Shown: positions 39,243 to 49,910, counted from the stretch's first letter. The stretch: 64,000 nucleotides of DNA from an uncultured Erysipelotrichaceae bacterium (GCA_902780395.1 CACZFH010000005.1:1557-65556), one strand, 5' to 3'. Program-made: numbers and translations. The notes: generated by a model from the letters alone, not told the origin.

Positions 39243-41966
39243 ATGAGTAATAAAGATCAATTATTTAGTTATTTTAACCTTTCTTTTGATGAAAATGACT
39301 TAAATCTCCAAGATGCATCATTTAATCTCTTAAATCAGATTATTGAAAAAATAGTTATTTTAAGGTACAAAAAAAGTCTTGATTCGTTTAAATATTCTAG
39401 TACAGGCGATATATACGAAGAATTATTTTCATTGTATTCATCAAAAAACTCAAAAGAACAAGTAGAGTTATTTGCAAAAGAAATATATGAATATATAGGA
39501 GAGGTTGTTCCTCTTTCTAGAATTATAACTGATATTGAGTCATGTTTAGAATATTTGTCATTTATGTCAGGTGTATACTCTCCTACGTCATTAACTGAAA
39601 AACTAAGCGAGACAATTCAAGGTGATGATTATGAAAGCGCCTATAGCATTATTAGTCAATCTTTTAAAAACAATCGCTTTTATCATGAAATAATAGGATA
39701 CAATCTTATACAATATATAACAAAAAACGATGATAATTTTCAAAAACTTGTTATTGCAATAACAAAAGATATTGAAAAATTACATAAAAGTAATCCTAAT
39801 TATATCCAAGATTTAAAATATCAACAGGAAACACATCCTAATAAGTATTTGGATTTGAATATTATTCAAAATATTCAAAATCAAAAATACCAAGAAGTAG
39901 CTGGTGTGATTGCTAAAAAAATAATCGATAATAAGGATTATCATGAGTTAACTGCCTTTATAGATAGTTTTATGGAGGAAGGTGGCAAAGACTTCATTAG
40001 TTTTATAGCTTCTAAAACAATGGATCCAATTAGTCTGTTCTGCAATAAAGTTTTAAATCATGCTGAAGATAAATGGAAGAGAGAAGAAACTGAAAAGATT
40101 AAAGCTAGTACCAAAGGGCACTTAAAGGTAACAGAAAAGTTAAAAAATAGATATTATAAATCACGTCTCATGGAATATATTGAACATTGTATTAAAGATG
40201 AAATATATACCGCTCTTGATTTTGATAGTCAAGAAAGTATGAAATCTTATTTAAAAACGGAAATAGAAAAATCATTGCAAAATCTTTTAGCAAGTAAAAA
40301 ACAGAAACCAAAAACTAACCTAGATTCGACTATTTTGTTGGAAATATTACAAAATGACTTTCTTAGTAGTGGTAAAATAAATGAAGATTTTATAATATAT
40401 GAATATCAAAATAAAACGGGAGTTACAATCTCAAAAGAAGACGCAAAGAATATTGCTAATAAAGTTAATTATTTAAGATATAGATTTATGAAAAATGTGG
40501 AAGAAAGGTTTGATTTTCATATTTCTGATAATTGGTTTGATACCAACAAAAAGGACTTTGATTTTAATGTAACTAATTTTGGTGTTGTTGATAATACTAG
40601 AATACAAAAAGTTGTTTCTATGTTACGAGAAAAAATTGATGAAGAGGAAGCTAAAAAAATACTTCATAATAAAAATATAAAAGATGTTGTATTTTTACTT
40701 CCATTTGTCGGATTAGTTGAAGAATTGGATATAGACTCTTTCTTTAATATTCTTATGCACATTGATGAAATTGAAGAAGTATTAAGAAAAACAAATGAGA
40801 TTCAAAAAGGAGAATCTTCTCTTATTCTTTTGAAAAAATTAAATAATGTTATTGATATAGCTCGGGGATTATCTAGAACTAATAATGGCTTTAAAATTGC
40901 TTTAGGGGATACTGTTTTATCTAAAATACCTGATTTTGAAACAGACATATATATGGAATATTATATTGATATGATTAATGGTCCTAGAAAGAGTATTCCA
41001 CCTATAAATATGACAATTCAAAATAGACACTATAACTCTGGTGATTCATTAGATCCTAATCGATTACTTTTAGAATTTTATCCTAAAGATTCCATAAATT
41101 CATGTGTAAAAATTGGTTCTGGAACTAGCAATAATGCCTTATTAGAAGATTCTGGAGATGCTATTCTAGTTAGAAATAACAAAAATGAAATCATTACTAG
41201 AGTTCTAGTCTATCGAAGAGGTAATGTAGTTCAATTAATTTCTAAGGTAGCTGATATCCCTGTTTCTGATTTACAGGTATATGAAGAAATTGCTAAATAT
41301 ATTATTCAACAAGCAAGAGAAAAGCAGGATAATATAGACTTTGTATTTATTAATCAAGATTCTATTTTAGGTAATACTGATCAATACGTCAAAGTAGATG
41401 ATGGTGATTTCAAAGAATCATTTCCTCATGCTGATACTGTTGGTAGTGCTTATTTATTGTGTTCCAAAGAAGAATATACTGATGATAAAGCGATTAAGGG
41501 CAAATTAGATTTTAAAGCAAAGCCTTTGGCTACCTATGAAGAATATAGGCAAGATGTTATAGTTGCTACAGATAGTAATAATACTAAAAGGATAAATGAT
41601 TATAAGTATACAAGTTTAGATAGTATTGAAGAAAAAGTAATGAGATTAAGAATTATTAAAAAGACTATGGATACAGTTGGTACTTTTTCTAACAATACTG
41701 ATTTTAAAGAATTAAAAAAGGGATTAGATGGTATTGAGAGATTTATTCCCATTGAATATGAAAAAGTTGTGTTAGGAGAAGATTGGTATATTGCAATCAA
41801 AAAAGATGGAACTGTGGAAGAATTAAAGCTACCAAGAAAAAATAAACTTGAGATGAAGAAAGAGATTCAGATGGCTAAAGAAAAATTGGGAATTGATTTA
41901 GATATTATGTTTATGGAACAAAATCATCAAGCAACTGATTCTTATAATAAGAGAAATTCTTATTAG
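39243..41966 (+). CDS. Large orphan protein (907 aa)
   Basis: One of only four plus-strand genes. GGGTGA RBS. No signal peptide. Helical N-terminal two-thirds and a mixed C-terminal domain. No family recognised. Confidence 0.6.
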   Translation: MSNKDQLFSYFNLSFDENDLNLQDASFNLLNQIIEKIVILRYKKSLDSFKYSSTGDIYEELFSLYSSKNSKEQVELFAKEIYEYIGEVVPLSRIITDIESCLEYLSFMSGVYSPTSLTEKLSETIQGDDYESAYSIISQSFKNNRFYHEIIGYNLIQYITKNDDNFQKLVIAITKDIEKLHKSNPNYIQDLKYQQETHPNKYLDLNIIQNIQNQKYQEVAGVIAKKIIDNKDYHELTAFIDSFMEEGGKDFISFIASKTMDPISLFCNKVLNHAEDKWKREETEKIKASTKGHLKVTEKLKNRYYKSRLMEYIEHCIKDEIYTALDFDSQESMKSYLKTEIEKSLQNLLASKKQKPKTNLDSTILLEILQNDFLSSGKINEDFIIYEYQNKTGVTISKEDAKNIANKVNYLRYRFMKNVEERFDFHISDNWFDTNKKDFDFNVTNFGVVDNTRIQKVVSMLREKIDEEEAKKILHNKNIKDVVFLLPFVGLVEELDIDSFFNILMHIDEIEEVLRKTNEIQKGESSLILLKKLNNVIDIARGLSRTNNGFKIALGDTVLSKIPDFETDIYMEYYIDMINGPRKSIPPINMTIQNRHYNSGDSLDPNRLLLEFYPKDSINSCVKIGSGTSNNALLEDSGDAILVRNNKNEIITRVLVYRRGNVVQLISKVADIPVSDLQVYEEIAKYIIQQAREKQDNIDFVFINQDSILGNTDQYVKVDDGDFKESFPHADTVGSAYLLCSKEEYTDDKAIKGKLDFKAKPLATYEEYRQDVIVATDSNNTKRINDYKYTSLDSIEEKVMRLRIIKKTMDTVGTFSNNTDFKELKKGLDGIERFIPIEYEKVVLGEDWYIAIKKDGTVEELKLPRKNKLEMKKEIQMAKEKLGIDLDIMFMEQNHQATDSYNKRNSY

Positions 41967-41967
41967 T

Positions 41968-42004
41968 AAAAGAGATCTACAATTTGTTTTGTAGATCTCT
42001 TTTT
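41968..42004. terminator. Bidirectional terminator between convergent genes
   Basis: AAAGAGATCTACAA-TTTGTT-TTGTAGATCTCTTT, a 14-bp perfect stem with U tracts on both strands. Confidence 0.8.
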
Positions 42005-42875
42005 ATCTTTTTTGAACATATTTTTCTATTGTTTCTTTATCCGGCATAGTACTTCTATCTATACTTTCTAACATTTTTTCTCTATCATATGGTACTAAAA
42101 CCTCTTCTATGTCATAGCCACCATCTACTCTCTCTTTGATAATTATATAAGATGCTGTATTATTGGGATCCTTATCATATCCTATTCCTAGGGCTCTTAT
42201 TGTTCTTACTCTAATTTTACCATCATCGGTTAGATATCTAAAATGAGCATGTCCTTGAATGATTTCATCATAATAATCTACTTGCTTTCCTTCAAAAATT
42301 GGGTCTTCTTTAGCAGATAAATATCCTTTATTTTCTGGTCTATCATCTTTGAGCATTCTTTCTAGTTCTTTTTTTTGAATTTCACTATTTGTACGGTAGA
42401 ATTGTCTTCCCGGCTCTCTAAAACCTTTTTTCATTGCATTTTGATAGTTCCCAACTCCATAGACTCCATGGTCTAACCTAACATCATTGGCAAAATGGCA
42501 AAGACCAATCTTTTTATTTCCAACATACAAGTCAAAGCTATGTTTATTTTTTTTTAACAACTCTACTTGTTCTTCAGTTAATTGAGCAAGAGTCCAGGCT
42601 TCACTTCTTCTTTTTTTTTCAGTGAAATAAAAGGCAAATGGTTCTATTCCAAGAGCAACATATTCTTCATTATTACCATTTATCATATGAACATTATGCT
42701 CAATTAATAATTCTAGTACTTCTTTAGGATTTGGTCCTGTACCTATATTATCACCTAAAGAATAAATTTCTGTAATTCCTCTTCTTTTTATATCTTCTAA
42801 TACTGCGATTGCTGGTTCTAATAAACCATGTACATCTGCAAATATAGCTATTTGTCTACCTGTATATTGTTCCAT
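42003..42875 (-). CDS. Calcineurin-like metallophosphoesterase
   Basis: Ordered motifs DVHG, GDNIGTG, GNNEE, CH and GHAH; 290 aa. Confidence 0.8.
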   Translation of the reverse strand: MEQYTGRQIAIFADVHGLLEPAIAVLEDIKRRGITEIYSLGDNIGTGPNPKEVLELLIEHNVHMINGNNEEYVALGIEPFAFYFTEKKRRSEAWTLAQLTEEQVELLKKNKHSFDLYVGNKKIGLCHFANDVRLDHGVYGVGNYQNAMKKGFREPGRQFYRTNSEIQKKELERMLKDDRPENKGYLSAKEDPIFEGKQVDYYDEIIQGHAHFRYLTDDGKIRVRTIRALGIGYDKDPNNTASYIIIKERVDGGYDIEEVLVPYDREKMLESIDRSTMPDKETIEKYVQKR

Positions 42876-42919
42876 AATATCACCAATTATATTATAAAAT
42901 AAAAAATAAAAAGAGAAAA

Positions 42920-43114
42920 CTATTTTTTTCTCCCTTTATTAGCATAATCCACATATGTATATTGTCCAAGTTTATCAAGCATTTCATCTGTAATGTTTTT
43001 TTCATTATCAGGTGATTCTTTTACTACACTAATCATTTTTTTTATGTATTCATCTGTTGTATTTTCAAAAATAATATTCATAGCTTTATCTAAGCCTTCT
43101 CTATTTTTTCCCAT
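42920..43114 (-). CDS. 64-aa protein translationally coupled to the giant gene
   Basis: Track ORF is 42920..43162. Likely start is ATG 43114 (GGAGAA RBS inside the giant gene), overlapping the giant ORF stop (43101-43103) by 14 nt. Confidence 0.5.
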   Translation of the reverse strand: MGKNREGLDKAMNIIFENTTDEYIKKMISVVKESPDNEKNITDEMLDKLGQYTYVDYANKGRKK

Positions 43115-46100
43115 TATTGTTTTCTCCTTCCTTAATAGGATTTTCTCTTCTAATACTAGCAATATATCCTTTTATTTGTTCTATACAAATATGTTTTCTT
43201 TGAACTATTTTTTCTAGTATTATTTCAGGATGTTCTTTATTTAAAGATTCTGCATATGGCCTAAATATTGCTTCATATTCAATATCCGTCATTTCTTCTA
43301 AAATGGCAAGAGCTTTATCAATTACAGAAAAATCTAGGTCTATTTCTCCAGTTTGATATCTTTCAAATAAATATTGGTAGATTGGAATTCTACTAGGGCC
43401 ATTAGGTACATAACTAAACCTTGGATCTAGAGTCTCAATATCATCGATAAATCTAAATGCTTGCTCTTTATCTACTCCTCTTACATTGTCATTACTATCG
43501 ACAATAAAATTACCTACATAACAATCAAAGTTGCATACTAAGAAGTCTACTACATATTCTTGGAGTAATTGTCTTTTCTTTTTAGGATCTAGTTCTCCTC
43601 TATTTTTTATCCAATCATGTAATTCATCTCTATTCTCGCCTAAGGTTATTTTTTCTTGTTTGGCTACTCGCAATTCGCCTTTACCTAGTACTTCAACTGC
43701 CACTGCTGTATCTGGTGAGATAATTTTTTGGAGTTTGGCTACTGCTTTTTGGACTTCTGCTCTATATGGTTGACTTCTTAATTGCTTTTTATCTACGGAT
43801 GGTTTTAATAGTGACTCTTTTTCTCCTTCTTGTAGTTTAAACATAATACCTGTTTCACCCATATTTGCGTATTCCATCTTTATTATTTCTGCTTCCGAAA
43901 CACTTTTTGCTAAGGCTATTGTGTGAATGATTAAATCTACTTTTCTGATAATTTGTTTGTTATTTGGCTCACTTATCCTATTAGCTAACTGACGAACTAA
44001 TAATAATTGTTTAAGCATTTCTTTGTAATCAATTTTGCCCTCTTCATAGCTTTTCTTTATACAATCAATACAGAAATTAATTGTTGTATCCAATCTTTCT
44101 CCAACTATCCCATTATACATAACATTATATATGCCTTCTTGGGTTGCTCTTTCACTCATGCTTTCTTTAGCAGCTCTATACCTAGCTCCTTTAAGCTCTT
44201 CATACTTTTGCATATTAACTCTTATGATAGGTATTCCAAAGTAATCTGCTGCTCTTACTTGATCTTCATTTGGTTCTAGTCCAGTACATAGAATAGCTTT
44301 TGGCATGACTCCTGCTCGGTAACCAACCACTTCATTATAACTTCCATTTTCACTAGAACAGGTTATTTGATTTAAACTGTTTAAATCGGTATACCTATTA
44401 TTGTTAAATGTTGGTTCCAAGGTATGACCACCATGTTGGGACATTAAGTCTCTACAATACATATATAATAAGAAGTCCTCTGGTAAATCATCAAAAATAT
44501 AGACTACACCATCTGGATCATCTTTGTTTAAAAACCAAAAGCCTCGATCTGATATAGATGATGTAGATAATGTAGATGCTCCATCTAATTTAGTCCATAA
44601 AGATGGATTTTTTAATAACTTAGTAAACAAATCACTCATAGTTGAGTCAAAGTGAAAGAGACGATGAACTACAAAATTAAATGGTTCTTCATCCATATCA
44701 ATTATTGTATAGGTTGCCTCTTTTTGTTGTCCACGATAATCAATTATGGTCTTTCTTTGTTCACTTGTCTTACTTTTTTGTTTTTCTTTTAAAGTATCAA
44801 TTTTTGTTAAATTGGAATTAATTTGATAATTATATAATTTTCTTACTTTTAAAGTAATATTATGTACTATATCAGAATAATCAAGAACATGACCTTTTGT
44901 TTCTATGCCAAGTCTAATTAATTGCTTCAATTCATCTATATTATCTGTTTCTAGTACTTCTTTCATTAAAAGTATTACTTTTACTTCTTCAACGGTAAAA
45001 CTAAGTGACTTAGCAATATCTTCTCCATATTTTTCTTTAATGGTATATAGAGCATAATTAATTTGAGGAAAGTTGTCTAATTGATAATCATTAAAGAAGC
45101 TTTCAAATATATTAAGTTCAGTAAAACCAAATACGGTAACAAAATATTCTCTTATATCATGTATATTTGAAGATTTCAGTTTTTCTTTAGCATATTGTTC
45201 AACTACTTCATCATATCTTGTTAACTCTTCTTTTGTTTTTACATTATATGGATTATTATTCATAATTATTTTTGTTAAGTTTGATACTTCTTCAGGAGTT
45301 AATTCTTTATCAACGATATCTTTTATTAACGGTTTACAGTTTTCAAAATATTTGAATGCAAAATGAAGAAGTTTGTCATCATCTTCAAAAATATGATGTT
45401 TTTGAATTATTTCTATATAGGCTTTGGCAAGATCTAATTCGCCATTTTTTATAATATTTATTATTATTTTATCTGCTTCAGAATTATACTTCATTAAGTC
45501 TGCAGATTTTTTTAATCCTAAAGCTGGAACAACATGTTTTACTAATTCATATGAAAAGACTTCATTCTTTTCTAAAGTATTAACTTTTCCATACTCTTCT
45601 AATAATCGCTTAGCATTATCTCTTATTTTTATTTGTTCTTCTGTAAGTAATGATTCATCTACTTTTAGTAATAATTCAAAATAATTCTTGTAAATTATGT
45701 TAGGATTTTGATTTAAAAGATTAATGAATCCTTCTATTATTTTCTTATCAAAAGTAAAATACAACTCTTTTGATAATACTAAATCTAGGACTTGAATCAT
45801 TAAATCAGAATTATTATTATCAAAGCTATCTAAAGAAATAATTTTCTTTACTCTTTCGATACCCATAATTTTTAAACTGATAGAGCTAGGGTTTTTTATA
45901 TGTTTTATTACATCATCATCAATTATTGATAAATCTGCATAGTTAAGTGCATAAGTATAATTATCTAAAGCTATTTTTAAAGCTTCTTTATCTTTATGCA
46001 TTAATAATAGATAACTAAATAATTGGCCTTTTTTACTTAAAGCCTTATAACATAAATCTTTATAGTTAGTAACATCTATTGGAACATCTAGAATTTGATC

Positions 46101-49100
46101 AATATTTTTTTCTAATACTATATCTATAATTTCTTTATCTTTCTTTAATTCTACTGGTAAAATCTTATATAATTTTGTATCATATATAATAATTTTTAAA
46201 ACTATTTCTTTATCTGACAATACCTCAGGTACATCATTAGCTAATGAATATAACTTTTTAGGGTCTTTCCTAATTAATTCTTTCGTTTTTTCTATAATTT
46301 TTTCATCTTTATCTTCCCCTTGAATAAATGAAATCATAACTAATGGATTAGATTCATAATTATTTTTTGCTAAATGAGATGCTTCAGATACTAAGCCATG
46401 ATTTTTAAGCCATTCTAAGCATTCTTTTTTATATTCTGTTGTTGCAAATAATTCACCTATTTTTTTTAGTTGCTCTTCAGGTGATAGCTTTTCCAATGAT
46501 TTTAGATTAATCAAGAAATATATTTTGACTGAATCAGAAGAAGCATTCTTTATAGTTTCATAGTCTGCTGATGTATAACCATATCTACCTATAATACGGA
46601 GTACAGTTGGCTTATATAGTGTTGATAACATAATAGCACTGATAAACCTTTCTTTATGTTTTTCGTAAATTTCATCGAATAATATACTTAATTCTTCTAG
46701 ATGAGCTTCATAACTGACATTTCCTATACTTTTGAATAATCTTTCAAAGTTCTTTTCATTCCATATTTCTGCTGGAATAGGTTTCTTATTTTGAATGGCA
46801 TAAGAAATTGCTAATGTTGAACTATTTTCATTTACTTTATAACCATGTTCGAAAGCTTGCTTGATTACATCATCAGGAAGATATGATTTTTTATCAATTA
46901 CTTTAGGGTAATCAGTAATAACTATTCTACATATTCTTTCTGTTATTAAATCATTTGGAAGATACTTAACTATTTCATGATAGGATTCAACTAAATTGAT
47001 TCTTTCTTCTGTATCGAGATTATTAAATAAGACTGCTACTTTCTGAATATCTTTTTTAGCTATTACTTCAACTATATCCTTTTTAGTTGCATCGTCACAG
47101 GTTAATAATTGAAAGATTTCAGGTTCTTTCATTATACAATCTATTATTAATGATTTTTCTTTCTCATAATCATCTAATAGATAAATAACGAATCTTGGAT
47201 TTGATTTTATATGAGTTTTAATTATCTCTTTTTCTTCAGTGGTAAAAGTAATAGATGGTATTTTACTAGATAGAAATTGACTATTCTCTATGGTATCTAT
47301 TTTTGGCATATATCCAGCTAATAAAGCTTTTTTTAGAACTTTTTCGTCTCCAGCAAATTGATAGAATCTAACAAATCTTGGATTCCCTTTTTCTACCATA
47401 TTACTAATTATAATCTTAAGAGACTCTGCTGATATATTTACTTTTCTCTGTAATACTTTTTCTATCTTTTCTGGATCAAGATTATCAATAATGGAAGTTA
47501 AGGTGTCTGAATCTTGAAGTAATGTTTCAAGATTTAAATATTGTAAAAGTTCTAGTTCGCTGTCTTTTAGTTTTATTATTAAACGAGTCATATCTATTCT
47601 GCAATATTCAGCTATATAGCTAATTTTATCTTTTGGTATTTTTAATCGATATAATAACGTTAAAAAATCTTCACCATGCTCAAGTAAAATGGAATGTGCT
47701 TGAAAAGCTTCTTTAATATCATCTATATATCCCTCTTCTACTAGTTTTCCTAATATTTCAATATTGAATATAGGTACTTTTCTAAAATCTTCTATGGAAT
47801 AGTTCCTCTTTTTTAATATTTCTAGACTTTCTGGGTCTGTTACTACATATTCTTGTAAAGCTACTATTTCATATTTACCCTGACTTATATAGTATCTTAT
47901 TATTAAGTCTTGAACATTCCTATCAAATGGCCAAAAATCGTCATAAGGTATTTTACCATTTAATCCTTTGTAATATTCTGCTGCCACCATTGTTTCTTCT
48001 TCTTTGCTGATGTTGCTTGTGTCCAGATATTTTATAGCTTCAAGATGACCTTCTTGTAAAAATTTAATTACATCTTTGCAATTAATTACCCTTCCATAGT
48101 AATTATTATCAATACATTTTTTTATTGTTTCATATGGAATATTGGCTTTAACTGCTAAAGAAATTGTTTCTGCATTTGCATTTTTTTCTAACCTATCCAT
48201 TATTTCTTCAATAGGAGGTATTACAAATTTATCTTTTAGTATTCTTAATTCTTTTAATTCTTCTGGTAAAGCATCGTATTGTTCTTCAGTTATGTCATCT
48301 AAACCTAATTCTCTTAAAATAGGCCTTTTTGCTTCTTCATATACGTGTTCAAAGACATCATAATGGCCTTCTTTAATTAATTTTATTGCTGATTCTTTAT
48401 TTATTATAACATTAGGCTTTAGGCTTTTTATTGATAGAAAGTCTTCATATGTAATATTACTAATTTCTTTTTCAGTTACTGAATTTTTTATTAATAAAGC
48501 TCTGGCATCTCCTTTTCTAATAAATGTTTTAAGTAAATTATTATCATAACGAGGACTTTTTAAATAATCCTCTAAAGTAAAGCCTAGTGACACTACTTTC
48601 TCAGCTACTTCTTGGGATAAATCATGATTAAAATTAATAGTATCCTTTTTCCCTAATAAATAATAGATAATATCTAATGTTTCTGATTTTATATTTACAT
48701 TAGTAGTTTTTAATAAACTATAGACATAATCAAATGATTCAAGATTTGTATATAAATCATGAATACGTCTTAGATGTTCATATCTTCCTTGAGATACTAG
48801 ATATTTATTATAGGCAAGAGATTCTACTAGATGGGAACTTCTTTTTTCAAGTTCTTTTAAATCTATCCCACTTTTTATTAATATTTCTACTATTTCTTGT
48901 GTGATTGCTTCTGGTTTAGCATATTCTATGGCTTTATATTCTCCTTTATTAAGTAATAGTTTTAAAATATGTGGACTTTTATGATAGTCTCCATTTATGC
49001 TTATATAATCTTCAATATTAAAATCATCTACCATAGATAATAATTCTTCTGAAGGATCAGATGCAAAAACTATATATTTAGGTCCATATAAACTAATTAA

Positions 49101-49808
49101 TTTTTTTACTTTTTCCATATCTGTTATTACAGAGCATTTTCTTCGTTTAGATAATAATAATATTTTATCAAGTATTACTTGCGTATCTGGTAAATTTTCA
49201 TCTAATAAAGCTTCTACTAATTTTTTTGTATTAGTATATTTTATTAGTAAATCATGGTTCCCTTTTCGTAAATCTTCCAAAACAAGGAACAAGCATCCAT
49301 CTATTCTATTATTTATTATATAATCATAGAATTCTTTATCTATTACTCCATTAGTTGTTTTCAACGAAACTGCATATTTCATTAGTTCTTCATTAGGATA
49401 AAAGCCTTGATTTCTGATAATTTCATCTATGGTATACCCCATACTCAAATAGAAATCAATATCATCTTTTGAAATAACAATTGTGAAATCATCTAAATAT
49501 TCTATTTTATCTTTATAATATTTGAAAATATCATGATATATATTTTTGGGAAGAAAGAGTTGTAAAATTATAAGAATTTCTATTAATTCATTTTTTGGTA
49601 TTTTTTCTAATTTTAGGGAAGGTATAAGTTCTGGATTTGATAAATATTCACTAAGAAATGAGAAATACTTTTTAGATATTTCTTCTCTTCTAGTCGAGTT
49701 GTTTTCAGAAATTATTTCATTAATATCGGTATCTGGCCCCAATATTTCACTTATATTATCTTTAAAGTATTTAATTTCATCATATATTCTTTTTACTATA
49801 TCTTCCAT
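43101..49808 (-). CDS. Giant 2235-aa cytoplasmic repeat protein with C-terminal PI3/PI4-kinase-like catalytic motif
   Basis: AGGTGG RBS and no signal peptide. Degenerate helical modules end in L(I/V)xEG(H/Y)xxxI(K/E)(Y/H). DUF4116-like repeats occupy the middle. The C-terminus has VVDFLVCNFDCYVGNFIV...VRGVDKEQAF (nt 43449-43547), which matches type-II PI4K spacing (DYLIRNTDRGNDNWLI...IDNGLAF). Confidence 0.75.
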   Translation of the reverse strand: MEDIVKRIYDEIKYFKDNISEILGPDTDINEIISENNSTRREEISKKYFSFLSEYLSNPELIPSLKLEKIPKNELIEILIILQLFLPKNIYHDIFKYYKDKIEYLDDFTIVISKDDIDFYLSMGYTIDEIIRNQGFYPNEELMKYAVSLKTTNGVIDKEFYDYIINNRIDGCLFLVLEDLRKGNHDLLIKYTNTKKLVEALLDENLPDTQVILDKILLLSKRRKCSVITDMEKVKKLISLYGPKYIVFASDPSEELLSMVDDFNIEDYISINGDYHKSPHILKLLLNKGEYKAIEYAKPEAITQEIVEILIKSGIDLKELEKRSSHLVESLAYNKYLVSQGRYEHLRRIHDLYTNLESFDYVYSLLKTTNVNIKSETLDIIYYLLGKKDTINFNHDLSQEVAEKVVSLGFTLEDYLKSPRYDNNLLKTFIRKGDARALLIKNSVTEKEISNITYEDFLSIKSLKPNVIINKESAIKLIKEGHYDVFEHVYEEAKRPILRELGLDDITEEQYDALPEELKELRILKDKFVIPPIEEIMDRLEKNANAETISLAVKANIPYETIKKCIDNNYYGRVINCKDVIKFLQEGHLEAIKYLDTSNISKEEETMVAAEYYKGLNGKIPYDDFWPFDRNVQDLIIRYYISQGKYEIVALQEYVVTDPESLEILKKRNYSIEDFRKVPIFNIEILGKLVEEGYIDDIKEAFQAHSILLEHGEDFLTLLYRLKIPKDKISYIAEYCRIDMTRLIIKLKDSELELLQYLNLETLLQDSDTLTSIIDNLDPEKIEKVLQRKVNISAESLKIIISNMVEKGNPRFVRFYQFAGDEKVLKKALLAGYMPKIDTIENSQFLSSKIPSITFTTEEKEIIKTHIKSNPRFVIYLLDDYEKEKSLIIDCIMKEPEIFQLLTCDDATKKDIVEVIAKKDIQKVAVLFNNLDTEERINLVESYHEIVKYLPNDLITERICRIVITDYPKVIDKKSYLPDDVIKQAFEHGYKVNENSSTLAISYAIQNKKPIPAEIWNEKNFERLFKSIGNVSYEAHLEELSILFDEIYEKHKERFISAIMLSTLYKPTVLRIIGRYGYTSADYETIKNASSDSVKIYFLINLKSLEKLSPEEQLKKIGELFATTEYKKECLEWLKNHGLVSEASHLAKNNYESNPLVMISFIQGEDKDEKIIEKTKELIRKDPKKLYSLANDVPEVLSDKEIVLKIIIYDTKLYKILPVELKKDKEIIDIVLEKNIDQILDVPIDVTNYKDLCYKALSKKGQLFSYLLLMHKDKEALKIALDNYTYALNYADLSIIDDDVIKHIKNPSSISLKIMGIERVKKIISLDSFDNNNSDLMIQVLDLVLSKELYFTFDKKIIEGFINLLNQNPNIIYKNYFELLLKVDESLLTEEQIKIRDNAKRLLEEYGKVNTLEKNEVFSYELVKHVVPALGLKKSADLMKYNSEADKIIINIIKNGELDLAKAYIEIIQKHHIFEDDDKLLHFAFKYFENCKPLIKDIVDKELTPEEVSNLTKIIMNNNPYNVKTKEELTRYDEVVEQYAKEKLKSSNIHDIREYFVTVFGFTELNIFESFFNDYQLDNFPQINYALYTIKEKYGEDIAKSLSFTVEEVKVILLMKEVLETDNIDELKQLIRLGIETKGHVLDYSDIVHNITLKVRKLYNYQINSNLTKIDTLKEKQKSKTSEQRKTIIDYRGQQKEATYTIIDMDEEPFNFVVHRLFHFDSTMSDLFTKLLKNPSLWTKLDGASTLSTSSISDRGFWFLNKDDPDGVVYIFDDLPEDFLLYMYCRDLMSQHGGHTLEPTFNNNRYTDLNSLNQITCSSENGSYNEVVGYRAGVMPKAILCTGLEPNEDQVRAADYFGIPIIRVNMQKYEELKGARYRAAKESMSERATQEGIYNVMYNGIVGERLDTTINFCIDCIKKSYEEGKIDYKEMLKQLLLVRQLANRISEPNNKQIIRKVDLIIHTIALAKSVSEAEIIKMEYANMGETGIMFKLQEGEKESLLKPSVDKKQLRSQPYRAEVQKAVAKLQKIISPDTAVAVEVLGKGELRVAKQEKITLGENRDELHDWIKNRGELDPKKKRQLLQEYVVDFLVCNFDCYVGNFIVDSNDNVRGVDKEQAFRFIDDIETLDPRFSYVPNGPSRIPIYQYLFERYQTGEIDLDFSVIDKALAILEEMTDIEYEAIFRPYAESLNKEHPEIILEKIVQRKHICIEQIKGYIASIRRENPIKEGENNNGKK

Positions 49809-49883
49809 ATTACCACCTATTATTATTTTATCATATTAGGTTTAAAAGAAATATACGTATTATTTATTTTTTTCATTAAGAAT

Positions 49884-49910
49884 AATAAAAACTAGCAATC
49901 TTTGTGCTAG
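49884..49910 (-). terminator. Rho-independent terminator after proS
   Basis: Minus strand: CTAGCA-CAAAGAT-TGCTAG followed by TTTTTATTATT. Confidence 0.6.

Noticed and set aside
44200-44700. ADP-ribosyltransferase R-S-E reading of the giant protein segment HRL...STLSTSS...YNEVV.
   Set aside because: There is no ExE/QxE motif, and the STS-to-Glu spacing (~78 aa) is much longer than in known ARTs. This is too weak to call without profile searches.
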